In this document: positions 18,271-28,255 of the stretch, in pieces
Numbering within the stretch: position 1 is the stretch's first letter
How the letters are laid out: each line of letters begins with the position of its first letter
IMG/VR virus record: IMGVR_UViG_3300031673_000012
Coordinates: 1-64,000 of that record
Length of the DNA stretch: 64,000 bases
Reading direction: 5' to 3' (one strand)
Source of the DNA: a virus
Made by a program: the position numbers and the translations under genes
The notes under the pieces: generated by a model
Databases searched by the model: none
What the model was told of the DNA's origin: nothing
The model's input: only the letters and a program-made list of their open reading frames with translations

Positions 18271-19421
18271 TTTTCCATGTTATCTTTCTCTGTCCTTTTT
18301 GAATTTTTTCTTACTGATTTTTTAATAAGAACTGGATAACGATTTATTCCCATTGAATTAAGTTTTTCTATTTTCCTTTGAGTTTGAGATAATGTGTTCA
18401 CCTTAGCTCGACGAATAAATTTAGACCTTAACTCCTTATCTGATTCAAGTAATTCTTGAAAGTTTTCTTTTCCATTAGCAATATTTTCTCCCCGGTATTT
18501 ATATATACTTGATCCACTAGTTCTTTCCACAACCCCCGTGTTTTCCATTAACTCTACCAAATTCCCATATCTATCAAAACCCACCCTACCATATTCAGCA
18601 TTAAAATATATCTCAGTAGTAAAAGTAGGTCTCGGAGGAGCAACTTTATTTTTCTTCATCCTAACAGATACCTCATTACCCAACCATATCCTATTCTCCC
18701 TTTCCCCTTGTGTTATTTGTTTTTTCCTAAAAAAAGCCAATCTTTGATGAGCAAAAAATTTCATTGCCTCTCCACCAGGAGTAGTATCTGGATCCTCATA
18801 ACTAGTAACCCCTATTCTTTTTCTAAGCTGGTTAATAAAAATAACTATTATACCTAAATCAGCAAATAATTGGTTACGAGTCCTGATATATCTATAGAAT
18901 GCTTTAGCTCGATTCCCCATTTCAGCTTTAGCATCTGACTGTACAGAATTAATATTATCATTACAATCCAGAGCAGCTATGGAATCTGTTACTATTACTA
19001 TAGGCTCATTATTTTTTAATCTCGATCTCCAAGTTACTGCCATATCAGCAGACCAATCTGATATTAATTCAATAGATGTTTCATTATAAACTATTATTTT
19101 TTCTAAATCTAGCCCATTTTTTATAGCCCATCCAGGATCAAATGCTTGTTCTGCATCATTCCATAAAAGTATACCACCCAAATACTGAGCAGAATATCCA
19201 AAATCCATAGCCACTAAAGATTTACCAGAACTCTCTCCTCCAAATATCTCACAAATTTTCCCATAAGGTATTCCCCCACCCATAGTATAATTTAAATATA
19301 AATGACGTGAGGGTAACCAGAGAGCATCTTCTGGCATTACAGAAATCTTACTCGCTAATCCAGAACCCCTATATTTTTTTTCCAGTTCTGAATCAGAATA
19401 TACTTTCTTAGTATTACTCAT
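18267..19421 (-). CDS. recA: RecA/UvsX recombinase
   Basis: GGGIPYGKICEIFGGESSGKS, DSIAAL, FINQLR, TTPGGEAMKFFA, KNKVAPP. Confidence 0.96.
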   Translation of the reverse strand: MSNTKKVYSDSELEKKYRGSGLASKISVMPEDALWLPSRHLYLNYTMGGGIPYGKICEIFGGESSGKSLVAMDFGYSAQYLGGILLWNDAEQAFDPGWAIKNGLDLEKIIVYNETSIELISDWSADMAVTWRSRLKNNEPIVIVTDSIAALDCNDNINSVQSDAKAEMGNRAKAFYRYIRTRNQLFADLGIIVIFINQLRKRIGVTSYEDPDTTPGGEAMKFFAHQRLAFFRKKQITQGERENRIWLGNEVSVRMKKNKVAPPRPTFTTEIYFNAEYGRVGFDRYGNLVELMENTGVVERTSGSSIYKYRGENIANGKENFQELLESDKELRSKFIRRAKVNTLSQTQRKIEKLNSMGINRYPVLIKKSVRKNSKRTEKDNMEK

Positions 19422-20166
19422 CGAGATCGCTAGTTTTCTTTTTAATTATCTTTTTAATTCCCTTTTTTACCCTTTTCTTTCTCTTTCCCCCATTCCCTTC
19501 ATCCTCTGGGTCTAACCCTAAGAATTGTTCAATCATTTCTTTTGTTTTCTCATAGGTAGGCAAGATTTTTTTGATCTCTTCATCCAAATTATATGGGCCA
19601 CTAAATGCTTTTGATACAGGAGTATTTTTACAGGACATAACTGTATATTCTGTATCCATTTTTCCAGAACCAATCCTTTTAATTTTTATATCATACCCAT
19701 TTACTGGATCAGTCATATCTCCCCAATCTGATTCATCAAGATAAAGATCAAGAATTTCTTGATATACTCCACCAGTAACTAATAAAAATTTCGGAGATAA
19801 TTGCTCATCAATTTCTTTCCCCCTCTCATCCTTATAAAATAAACAAAATGCGAGATACCTATTACGTGGAAAAAACTTACCAGCAAGTTCCTTGTCATCA
19901 TCATTTTCTGAATTTTTTAATTCATCATACGATTCCATAATACCACAAGGCATACCATAAGTTGCAGGAGATATTACTCCCTTTAAATCTGGACCAAGAT
20001 AAAATTGAATTACTTCTTTTACAAATTCCTCTTCTTCTCCCATATTTAAAATCCTTACCCGAATTGTAGTATCAGGTTTTTGAAAAAAGATAGCTCCCTG
20101 TTGGCTTTTGGCCTTTAGTTCTAGTTTCTTTTTTCTTAATCTCTCTTTTAAATTTTCTTTTACCAT
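19414..20166 (-). CDS. single-stranded DNA-binding protein (gp32-like)
   Basis: DMTDPVNGYDIKIKRIGSGKMDTEY motif, acidic C-terminus, position next to RecA. Confidence 0.7.
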   Translation of the reverse strand: MVKENLKERLRKKKLELKAKSQQGAIFFQKPDTTIRVRILNMGEEEEFVKEVIQFYLGPDLKGVISPATYGMPCGIMESYDELKNSENDDDKELAGKFFPRNRYLAFCLFYKDERGKEIDEQLSPKFLLVTGGVYQEILDLYLDESDWGDMTDPVNGYDIKIKRIGSGKMDTEYTVMSCKNTPVSKAFSGPYNLDEEIKKILPTYEKTKEMIEQFLGLDPEDEGNGGKRKKRVKKGIKKIIKKKTSDLDE

Positions 20167-20168
20167 AG

Positions 20169-20642
20169 TTAATTATTTTTACGTATATTAGCCGAAAGTG
20201 TTTGTATTAATGAAGACCTTTGTTCAAATGATTTAACACATACTTCTAAAATCTCAGACTCATGTTGAGCTTCTATATATTCTATAACAGCCTTCTGATA
20301 TCTTGAAGATACGATTGCTTGTTCTTTAGCTAAATCATTAGCAGTAGGACGATTTGTTTGAAGATCAGTTTGACTTTTAAATTTAATAAACATAATCCCA
20401 TAAGTTTTTTCCATCTCCCTTTTCTTATCCTGTGCTTTTCTGACTAACTTTTTATACAGCATACCCAAAAAAGCATAAGCTGAAGGCTGGTCCTGTATCT
20501 CTTGATTTATCTTATTTTCATTAACAACTACCTCTGAATTTAAATTAAATTTAAAAGTTTCATCACCGAAAAAAATCGATATATTCATCAAGTTCGATAA
20601 TCTAGCATATTTAATTATTTCACCCTTATTCATGATATCCAT
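20169..20642 (-). CDS. UvsY-like recombination mediator
   Basis: Helical 157 aa protein ending SFEQRSSLIQTLSANIR; sits between the polymerase and SSB. Confidence 0.6.
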   Translation of the reverse strand: MDIMNKGEIIKYARLSNLMNISIFFGDETFKFNLNSEVVVNENKINQEIQDQPSAYAFLGMLYKKLVRKAQDKKREMEKTYGIMFIKFKSQTDLQTNRPTANDLAKEQAIVSSRYQKAVIEYIEAQHESEILEVCVKSFEQRSSLIQTLSANIRKNN

Positions 20643-20659
20643 TTTATATTAATAGTACA

Positions 20660-22840
20660 TTAAGTAACCCATGTCAAGTAATTTTCTTGTGGATCATACT
20701 TAAATAATTCCCCCCAATTTTTCCCAATTTCAAAATCTACCTTCATTTCTATTCCCTTAACTTCAAAATTAAACCATGTTTTAGTTTCAGGATTACGACA
20801 TATACTATATAATTTAGGAACAGCTTCATGAATATCTATAGGATCAATATAAAATTTTAAAGAATCATGAACTGTCCCTACTTGTTCAAGCGATAATGGT
20901 AACGACTGTCTAATAATATGTTCTCTTATAAGTATTGAACTAAATAAAGCAAAATCCGAAGCCGTTCCTTGGATTGGAGCATTAACTGCTTGTCGTAAAG
21001 CTTCTGATTTTTGTCCCCAATTACTTGAACTAACATTAAGGAGTCTTCGTTTTCTTCCAAATAAACTATAAACATAACCATGTTCTTCAGCAAATTTATG
21101 CTGAACTTTAATATATCTTTTTACTCTTGGGAAATCAGCAAACCATTCTTTTAAAAATTCTTCAGCTTCATATAAAGAAGTTGGGATACCTTCATCAGAA
21201 AGAGTTTGCGCAAGTTTTCTAGCACTTTGCTCATAGACTATACCAAAATTAGTAGTCTTAGCTTTCTTTCTTCTTTTTTTCCATTTAATAAACTCTTTAT
21301 GATTTTCATCAGCCAAAATTTCTTTAACCTCATCATAATCCCCCCCAAATTTTTTACAAGCTACTGCTAAATGTATATCTTTACCTTCAGAAAACCATTC
21401 AATCATTGTATTCTCTTTTGCTTGATAAGCAAGAACTCTAAGTTCAGCCTGAGAATAATCTAGTTGTAATATAAGTTTTCCTTTAGGGGCTACAAACATA
21501 CGTTTAATATCACTAGAAGTAGTATCACGTGGGATATTTTGCAGATTAGGATTACGACTACTAAGTCTACCAGTAACTGTACCATGCAATAAAAAACTTG
21601 CATGTACCCTATTATCAGAAGTTAATCTTTCCCACATACCTACAATATAGGTAGAATTTAATTTCGTTAAACCCCTTAGCTCGAGAAGATCATTAATAAA
21701 ACCAGAGTCATCTAATTCCTTTAATTCAATCAACACTGCTTCATCCGTAGATGCAGTTTCAGTTTTCTTTCTAGTCTCTTTATTTTCAGTAAATTTTACT
21801 ACATCAAATTTAAACCCATCCGGACTATCAAATAATAAATCTATCATTTGTTTAGGACTACCAAAATTTGTAGGAGCTACCATTTTTTGCTCTTTTTTAT
21901 TAATGTAATCCCCAGCTATATATCGCGAAATTTTTTCCTCTCTTCTTTTTATAACCCTCTCATCATCATAACCTTGATTCCTAATAGTCCTGATTTCTTT
22001 TTTTAAATCAGAAATCATTTTTCTTTTAACAGATTCCATTCTGGATTTTTCATATTGAATTATAATAGGATTATTTCTTAATCTTTTTTCGCAATCAATA
22101 ATTTTAATTTCATATATTTTTATTAATTCCCTTAAATAATCCCTATCAATATTATTCCCCCGCCATTCCACTTCAGCAAGAACTCTAGAAGCCATCATCA
22201 TCATATTCCTAAACAAAGTATAAAAACCACTATCTATTAAACGCCTTTCAAAAAAAATCCATAATCTTAAACAAAGATCAGCATCAAAAGCACAGTATAA
22301 AGATAAATCCTTGAGAGGAACATTAGACCAAAATTCTATTAATTTATCAATCCCAGCTTTAGCTGAAGGTTGTCCTGGTAAATCATAACCCGAAAATTTT
22401 GGAATAAAACGAGTTACCATTTCTTTCAAACCATGAGGACGTTCCTCATCTAATAAATATTTAGCAAGCATAGTATCAAATATTCTTCCAACCATAATTA
22501 TACCATACTTATACCACCAATTTATTTCAAATTTAATATTTTGACCAACTTTTATTATATCTGGGTTCTCAATAACTTCACGGCCAAAATATCTTAACAC
22601 CAATTTCCATTTTTCATTTTTTAAAAAAGGGGATTCCTTATGAGCTAAAGGTATTATCCAAGCACTACCTGGTTGAAATGATACACCTAATATAGTAGGT
22701 TTACTACCCGGATACATAGCACTAGTTCCAGTAGATTCATAATCAGTAGAAGCATACTTTGTTTGTTTACAGTATACCACTAACTGTTTAAGTTCCTCCC
22801 AGTTCGTAACGAGTTTATATTTATAATTTAATGTCTTCAA
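20660..22840 (-). CDS. polA: family A DNA polymerase with 3'-5' exonuclease
   Basis: ExoI DYEST, TGRLSSRNPNLQNIP, motif A DYSQAELR, motif B KAKTTNFGIVY (Phe at the 762 position), motif C VHDS. Confidence 0.97.
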   Translation of the reverse strand: MKTLNYKYKLVTNWEELKQLVVYCKQTKYASTDYESTGTSAMYPGSKPTILGVSFQPGSAWIIPLAHKESPFLKNEKWKLVLRYFGREVIENPDIIKVGQNIKFEINWWYKYGIIMVGRIFDTMLAKYLLDEERPHGLKEMVTRFIPKFSGYDLPGQPSAKAGIDKLIEFWSNVPLKDLSLYCAFDADLCLRLWIFFERRLIDSGFYTLFRNMMMMASRVLAEVEWRGNNIDRDYLRELIKIYEIKIIDCEKRLRNNPIIIQYEKSRMESVKRKMISDLKKEIRTIRNQGYDDERVIKRREEKISRYIAGDYINKKEQKMVAPTNFGSPKQMIDLLFDSPDGFKFDVVKFTENKETRKKTETASTDEAVLIELKELDDSGFINDLLELRGLTKLNSTYIVGMWERLTSDNRVHASFLLHGTVTGRLSSRNPNLQNIPRDTTSSDIKRMFVAPKGKLILQLDYSQAELRVLAYQAKENTMIEWFSEGKDIHLAVACKKFGGDYDEVKEILADENHKEFIKWKKRRKKAKTTNFGIVYEQSARKLAQTLSDEGIPTSLYEAEEFLKEWFADFPRVKRYIKVQHKFAEEHGYVYSLFGRKRRLLNVSSSNWGQKSEALRQAVNAPIQGTASDFALFSSILIREHIIRQSLPLSLEQVGTVHDSLKFYIDPIDIHEAVPKLYSICRNPETKTWFNFEVKGIEMKVDFEIGKNWGELFKYDPQENYLTWVT

Positions 22841-23537
22841 TACACCTTTTCAATGTTGGCCAATCTTTTTTATAAGCATGAAGAGAACCTATATTGTGGA
22901 ATAAATAACCGGGTCTCATTTCTATTTCAGCTGCTATATATAACATTAATCTCCAAGCTAAATAAACATCATTACCGAAATGGGTTACCACATCTGCGCT
23001 ACGTTGATTATATATAAGGTTAACTTTATTATCTCTAATAAGTACCTGATAATACATAGAACATGGGATTCTTTTTTTACCCCCCAAATTAAGGGAGTCT
23101 ATTTGAGCATTCCATATTGAGATAATAGCCTGTCTAGAATCAGGATTACATCGTAATTCTTTTACAACAGCATTTATTGAGAACCGCATTCTATTATTAT
23201 AGGAATAATCAAATCTACCTTCTTCATTAAGAAATTCTTTCCAAATATATTCTCTTAATTTCCAAGCTAAACCAGGATTTATATAATTAGGATCAATCCT
23301 ATCAGCAAATTCTGCATCTGCCCATGTTCTAGCTTTTGGATCAGCAAAAAATAAATAATCAACCTTATAAAGATTGGTTAAAGAATAAGAATAATTAGTT
23401 ATTTCCCTTGTAGAATAGTTATCATCATCCTTTACTATCTTATTTTGCATAGAATAAGGATGTACAATATGCCCCATCTCCCATACCTCACGAAAGATTT
23501 CTGACATAAGTTCATAACAATTAGAATAAATTCTCAT
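22821..23537 (-). CDS. thymidylate-synthase-family enzyme, probable dCMP hydroxymethylase/methylase
   Basis: SRQAIISIW, catalytic PC, RSADVVTHFGND (Asp at the ThyA Asn177 position), GSLHAY. Confidence 0.85.
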   Translation of the reverse strand: MRIYSNCYELMSEIFREVWEMGHIVHPYSMQNKIVKDDDNYSTREITNYSYSLTNLYKVDYLFFADPKARTWADAEFADRIDPNYINPGLAWKLREYIWKEFLNEEGRFDYSYNNRMRFSINAVVKELRCNPDSRQAIISIWNAQIDSLNLGGKKRIPCSMYYQVLIRDNKVNLIYNQRSADVVTHFGNDVYLAWRLMLYIAAEIEMRPGYLFHNIGSLHAYKKDWPTLKRCIEDIKL

Positions 23538-23848
23538 TAGTCTATTAATCTTACAATAGCCATAATATCCAACTGGTTCATGATTTTATAAACCTGTTCT
23601 CCATAAGGATTAATATTAAGTTTAACTTCTACCCCAGCATACTGACTATATATTACTTTTTGACCCACAGAATATTCCATAGGGTTATCACTAGACCCAG
23701 TTCCAGTAACAATTACTTCAGCCACTTCAGGCTTATTATCTGCAACAGAAGGAGGAATAATAATCCCCGATTCTCGAAGAGTAGCTTTTTGTTTTTCCGG
23801 GAGTACTATTACCCTTTGTTCAGCAGGATAAATTAACATTTTCTTCAT
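23537..23848 (-). CDS. groES: GroES/Cpn10 co-chaperonin
   Basis: PAEQRVIV, mobile loop ESGIIIP, VGQKVIYSQYAGVEVK, DIMAIV. Confidence 0.9.
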   Translation of the reverse strand: MKKMLIYPAEQRVIVLPEKQKATLRESGIIIPPSVADNKPEVAEVIVTGTGSSDNPMEYSVGQKVIYSQYAGVEVKLNINPYGEQVYKIMNQLDIMAIVRLID

Positions 23849-23878
23849 AATCTTTTAATTTTAAATAGTATATAGGAT

Positions 23879-24631
23879 TCAAAGTAATAATTCTTTTGCC
23901 TTAAGAGAAGTAGTTTCTACTTTCTGAATTCTTTTTACAGCTCGAAGATGAACTTTATAAGCTATTTTCATCGATTCTGGTTTTTGAAATTTTTCAAGTA
24001 TATCCATAATCTTTTTTTCCATAATACTATGATCAGGATTAATAAATGTAATTAAAGATTTATGATTATGATACATTACAAAATTCTCTGCAGTAATATA
24101 AAGATTACTACAATATAATTTAATACTTACACTAATTTGTGGCCCATAAATATACTCAGCAATTCTTTGTACTAAAAGGAAATCCATAAGTAATCTTTTA
24201 GTTACTTCTGATGATCTGATATTAATTATAATAATAGGATTATCTTGTGTATACCTTCGTTGGAATACCAAAGAGATTAAACAACCATGTCCAGAACCAT
24301 GAGTATTAGAAAATTTAAAAGCTAAATTATAATTTTGTGTTTTCTTTTTTTCCCTCTCTAATATTTCGCTTTTAACCAAATCAAGCATATTCATATCAAT
24401 ATAGTTACTCTTAAGAATACTCCACTTCTGTTTTTTATAACCAAACATTAATCCAAAATTAAATTCTGGATCAACCCAAGCTTTATTTATCTCCATAAAA
24501 TGATCATAAGAAATCATTTGTGGTCCGTTACGAACACCACCCCTATTTTTAATCCGCCTTTCCTGTGTGGCTAGGAACTCATTAATCCATTCCCAGCATT
24601 CTTGACTAGTAGCATGTTTACTTTTAATCAC
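23879..24631 (-). CDS. divergent thymidylate-synthase-fold paralogue
   Basis: GCLISLVF...IRSSEVTKRLLMDF aligns to the TS C...RSxD.......N/D core; lacks HxY. Confidence 0.65.
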   Translation of the reverse strand: MIKSKHATSQECWEWINEFLATQERRIKNRGGVRNGPQMISYDHFMEINKAWVDPEFNFGLMFGYKKQKWSILKSNYIDMNMLDLVKSEILEREKKKTQNYNLAFKFSNTHGSGHGCLISLVFQRRYTQDNPIIIINIRSSEVTKRLLMDFLLVQRIAEYIYGPQISVSIKLYCSNLYITAENFVMYHNHKSLITFINPDHSIMEKKIMDILEKFQKPESMKIAYKVHLRAVKRIQKVETTSLKAKELLL

Positions 24632-25437
24632 TAATATTTTGATTTAATGCGGAATTGGTTCACCTTATTTTTTTTATAATAAATTTCATAAAGAGATTCT
24701 GGAGTAAACCCAGCAAAATAAAAGAATTTAAATAAGGCTAAAGTAGTATCTCTTATAGCCACCTCATATTGTCTGGTATCAGTCATCATCTCAGTTTGTT
24801 TCCAGGGTTTATTTTTAAGAGTATTTCTAGCTATTTGAAGATGGTAAGTTATATCCCAAAGATACTGTTTCATTATATCCCTTCTATTACTCCCCAATTG
24901 TCTTCCACCCCTAAGAAATTCGTCTTCAAGCATGTGATCCTTTATTACCCATCTACATGGAATTTTCTTTGCAGCAACTTCTGAGTTAACTACCAAGCCC
25001 CCAAAATCATACCATGATTTAAATAAATCAGATACCACAACGTATTCATCCATAACATAGGATAACCAATTCTCAAGTATTTCTGTTTCATAACCAGAAT
25101 AAAGCATTAATTCCAACCAAAAATGAATGGCATCTGAAATTTCTTCATTAAAATTTTGTAAATGAGGGATCATTTCTTTTTCATCTATTCCCTGATGAAA
25201 CATGTCCATCATGATTAAATAAGATTCAAAACCTTCACCGAGTTCCTCAATAATCCTACCAGTAAAATCTTTTATCAATACCTGAGATTCCCGAGTATTA
25301 ATATCAACAGGATAAAAAGGTAAATGTCCTTCTATCCCAGCATAATGATCTATAAGTACTTTTTGTAGATCAAAGATATCCTTAAAGGCTGATGCTCCAG
25401 GATATTTTACATTTTCTCTAATGTCTCGTACATCCAT
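24631..25437 (-). CDS. all-alpha NTP pyrophosphatase (dimeric dUTPase / T4 gp56 dCTPase-like)
   Basis: EELGE, EEISDAIHF, KPWK, YYKKNKVNQFR. Confidence 0.85.
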   Translation of the reverse strand: MDVRDIRENVKYPGASAFKDIFDLQKVLIDHYAGIEGHLPFYPVDINTRESQVLIKDFTGRIIEELGEGFESYLIMMDMFHQGIDEKEMIPHLQNFNEEISDAIHFWLELMLYSGYETEILENWLSYVMDEYVVVSDLFKSWYDFGGLVVNSEVAAKKIPCRWVIKDHMLEDEFLRGGRQLGSNRRDIMKQYLWDITYHLQIARNTLKNKPWKQTEMMTDTRQYEVAIRDTTLALFKFFYFAGFTPESLYEIYYKKNKVNQFRIKSKY

Positions 25438-25442
25438 AATAA

Positions 25443-25841
25443 TTAATTTTGATCATAAATTTGTTTGATTATATTTTTGGGTAAATTTAACTCATGAGCA
25501 ACAAGAATTATGGTTTTTAATCTTTTATACCCTTTTTTCTTATACTCCTCAATGATTCCTTTTACTCGTTCTTTTTTCTTTAATATTTCCTCATCTGCTT
25601 CTTCAATATCCTTAAATCTTTGTTTAGATTCTATTTCAATCCTTTCCTTATGTAATCCCTGAGCCTTAACTATTGCACAAAAATCTGCATCACCACACTC
25701 TTTACATTCTGCAGCAAGTAAATCATGATACTTTCCAAAACATGGATCATCATCAGACCCCAAAGATAATACATCTAATGGTTTTAAAAAATCATAATCA
25801 TCTTTATTTATTTCTTCTCTTGGTGTTCTTTCTTTTGCCAT
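25443..25841 (-). CDS. hypothetical Cys-cluster protein
   Basis: PCFG...ECKECGD...C, possible Zn site. Confidence 0.75.
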   Translation of the reverse strand: MAKERTPREEINKDDYDFLKPLDVLSLGSDDDPCFGKYHDLLAAECKECGDADFCAIVKAQGLHKERIEIESKQRFKDIEEADEEILKKKERVKGIIEEYKKKGYKRLKTIILVAHELNLPKNIIKQIYDQN

Positions 25842-25867
25842 ATTAATTATTTATAATTAATAGTCTT

Positions 25868-27274
25868 TTAAGATTTCCAGAGTTCTATCACCTTAAACCT
25901 CTGGTGTTTATAATATTGCAATCTATGTTTACTATGTCTTTTAAGATAGTATCCATCATCCCAAAAATCCTCATAATAAACTTTTTTCTTAGATTTATGA
26001 ATCCTGATAGCTCGACCAATTAATTGTAAAGCATTGATTTGAGAATCTCCACCAGCTGCATTCTGCATATATTTTATCAATGGCATATTCTGACCAAGTT
26101 TTACTATTAAAGAAGAAATAAGAATATCAATTTTACCATCTTTAAAACGATCCAAAATTTCCTTTCTATTTCTAATTTTATGATGAATGAATTCGATACT
26201 ATATTTATTTCCAAATCTAATTTGGAAACTATGATAAAGTCTCTCAATATGTTCATGATATTTTCCAACAATAAGAATCGGATAGCATCCACGCTGTAAA
26301 TAAAAATCTGCCCTTTGCATTGACATCCGAGTTCGTTCACAGGATAAAGTAATTCCTTCTCTATATTCTGCATCATAATCACCTCCTATTATAACTTTAG
26401 TATTTCCTTTAACTATTTTAATTATAATAGGAGTAGAAAATCCCATATACATAAGTTTAATATTAGATATGGTATAAGTTATTTCCCCAAAAAAAGATCT
26501 AACATCCATATTCTTAGTTTGATCTTTATGCCCAAAAGCAGTACCTGATAACCCAACTCTGATAACTGTATTATATAAAGTTGTGACTACCTTTTTATTT
26601 GTTGCACTAGTTATCAAATGGCATTCATCAAAGATAACCATATTATATCTAGCTAGTTTATGAGAAAATTCACTTAATCTATTTCGTAAAGTAGGAGTCA
26701 TACATACCATAATATCCGCCCATTTAATATTTTGCCCTTGCATATACCCCCATTTATCCCCAAACATTTTAGGCATATCATCTAAAAACTGTTGATATAA
26801 ATCTTTATTATTAACCAATATCAAAGCTCTTGCTTCAGGAAATGATTTATAAATCATAGCAGCTATTAAAGTTTTTCCCGCATTAGTAGCTGCTCCGATA
26901 ATACCCCTTTGAAATTGTATTCCACCTACTTCATTATATATTATACTTTTTACTGCTTTTACCTGATAATCTCTAGCTTTAAACTCACCTACTTTTATAG
27001 GTATCTCATTAAATTCTAGTACATTACGTCTATCTATTATATCATATTCTTCTTTATATTTTTCTATTAAACTAATAACCATAGGAAAAAGTCCAGTCTT
27101 ACTATACCCTTGATCGGTTAAATATTTGATCTTACCATCCCATCCAGGTTCCATATAAGGACGAAGATACCATTGATTTGGGTGTCTGACTTTCATATCT
27201 TCATACACTTTATTCAATACTTTCATATTCCCCGAAAGTTTAAATTTATTATTATTTAATTCTATCCGAATCAT
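25868..27274 (-). CDS. superfamily 2 helicase (UvsW-like)
   Basis: RDYQ, ATNAGKT, DECH, GLSGT, QLIGRAIR. Confidence 0.93.
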   Translation of the reverse strand: MIRIELNNNKFKLSGNMKVLNKVYEDMKVRHPNQWYLRPYMEPGWDGKIKYLTDQGYSKTGLFPMVISLIEKYKEEYDIIDRRNVLEFNEIPIKVGEFKARDYQVKAVKSIIYNEVGGIQFQRGIIGAATNAGKTLIAAMIYKSFPEARALILVNNKDLYQQFLDDMPKMFGDKWGYMQGQNIKWADIMVCMTPTLRNRLSEFSHKLARYNMVIFDECHLITSATNKKVVTTLYNTVIRVGLSGTAFGHKDQTKNMDVRSFFGEITYTISNIKLMYMGFSTPIIIKIVKGNTKVIIGGDYDAEYREGITLSCERTRMSMQRADFYLQRGCYPILIVGKYHEHIERLYHSFQIRFGNKYSIEFIHHKIRNRKEILDRFKDGKIDILISSLIVKLGQNMPLIKYMQNAAGGDSQINALQLIGRAIRIHKSKKKVYYEDFWDDGYYLKRHSKHRLQYYKHQRFKVIELWKS

Positions 27275-27473
27275 TCCTTATTTTATATTCTTCAAGATTT
27301 TTTATCAATATTTTATTATCTTTTAACCATTTCACTACTTCTTTTTCTGTCGTATCCGAATTTCTTGAAAGACAATAGATTAATATATTCCTACCTTCTT
27401 CATAATAAATAGCTGTATTTTTTATACTACTCTGTAATCTATTAAAAGCCATTTCAATTGCAAACGATTTCAT
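27252..27473 (-). CDS. hypothetical protein
   Basis: 73 aa ORF, coupled to neighbours. Confidence 0.6.
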   Translation of the reverse strand: MKSFAIEMAFNRLQSSIKNTAIYYEEGRNILIYCLSRNSDTTEKEVVKWLKDNKILIKNLEEYKIRNDSDRIK

Positions 27474-28255
27474 TTTTTATTAACTTTAATACCATGTGTA
27501 AAGCAATACCTAATCACTCTTTCAATTGCTTTAGTCCCCACTAACTGTGTTGGGTGGGGTATTCCTTTAGAAAAATCAAACCCATCAAATTGAGCTTGCA
27601 TATATATTTTAACTGACACATTTAATTTTTCAGCCTGTTCTCTAGCCCTTACAAACCAAACATATCTTTCTGGTAATTGTTCTAAAACATCATGCATACC
27701 TGTATTTTCAATAACCCTCTGAGCATAAGCTCTATACATTAAGTTTGTCATTTCTGTATCCTTATCTTTTTCTATTTCCAACATAGCTTGATAAGTCTCA
27801 TAAATTCCCTCATACATTACAGGAAATTTATTTATATTAAATTTTTTCATCTTAGATAACCCTATCTGTATATATTTTAAAAAACCATATCTACGAGTAA
27901 GGTTAAATTCATTAGTAAAATTTAAGGCGTGAGCAGTTATTTCTTTAAGAACCCCCCAATCTCTACTACCAACTTTAATTGGAGTTATCCCTCGGTGTTT
28001 CATTCTCTTTCGAGTAGCATAAATTAATTGGGCAAGAAGATCTGCATCACGCCTTGATGATTGAACTAATCTTTTAGCTTTCTTTTCCATGTGTTCTGTA
28101 CTAATAGAAATAGTTCTTGTATGTAAAGAATAAGGTTTTGCTATAAAGAAAAATTTATTAGTTAATCCTTCGATATCTACTCCAATAGGCATTAACTCTT
28201 TCATAAGATTAAAAAAATCTTTTTTGGTTATATGTATACTTGGTTCACGATGCAT
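27470..28255 (-). CDS. hypothetical protein in the replisome block (possible helicase loader or initiator)
   Basis: 261 aa ORF directly downstream of primase; function inferred from position only. Confidence 0.7.
   Translation of the reverse strand: MHREPSIHITKKDFFNLMKELMPIGVDIEGLTNKFFFIAKPYSLHTRTISISTEHMEKKAKRLVQSSRRDADLLAQLIYATRKRMKHRGITPIKVGSRDWGVLKEITAHALNFTNEFNLTRRYGFLKYIQIGLSKMKKFNINKFPVMYEGIYETYQAMLEIEKDKDTEMTNLMYRAYAQRVIENTGMHDVLEQLPERYVWFVRAREQAEKLNVSVKIYMQAQFDGFDFSKGIPHPTQLVGTKAIERVIRYCFTHGIKVNKK

Noticed and set aside
22821-23537. Ordinary ThyA or dUMP hydroxymethylase
   Set aside because: The specificity residue is Asp (dCMP type), not Asn.
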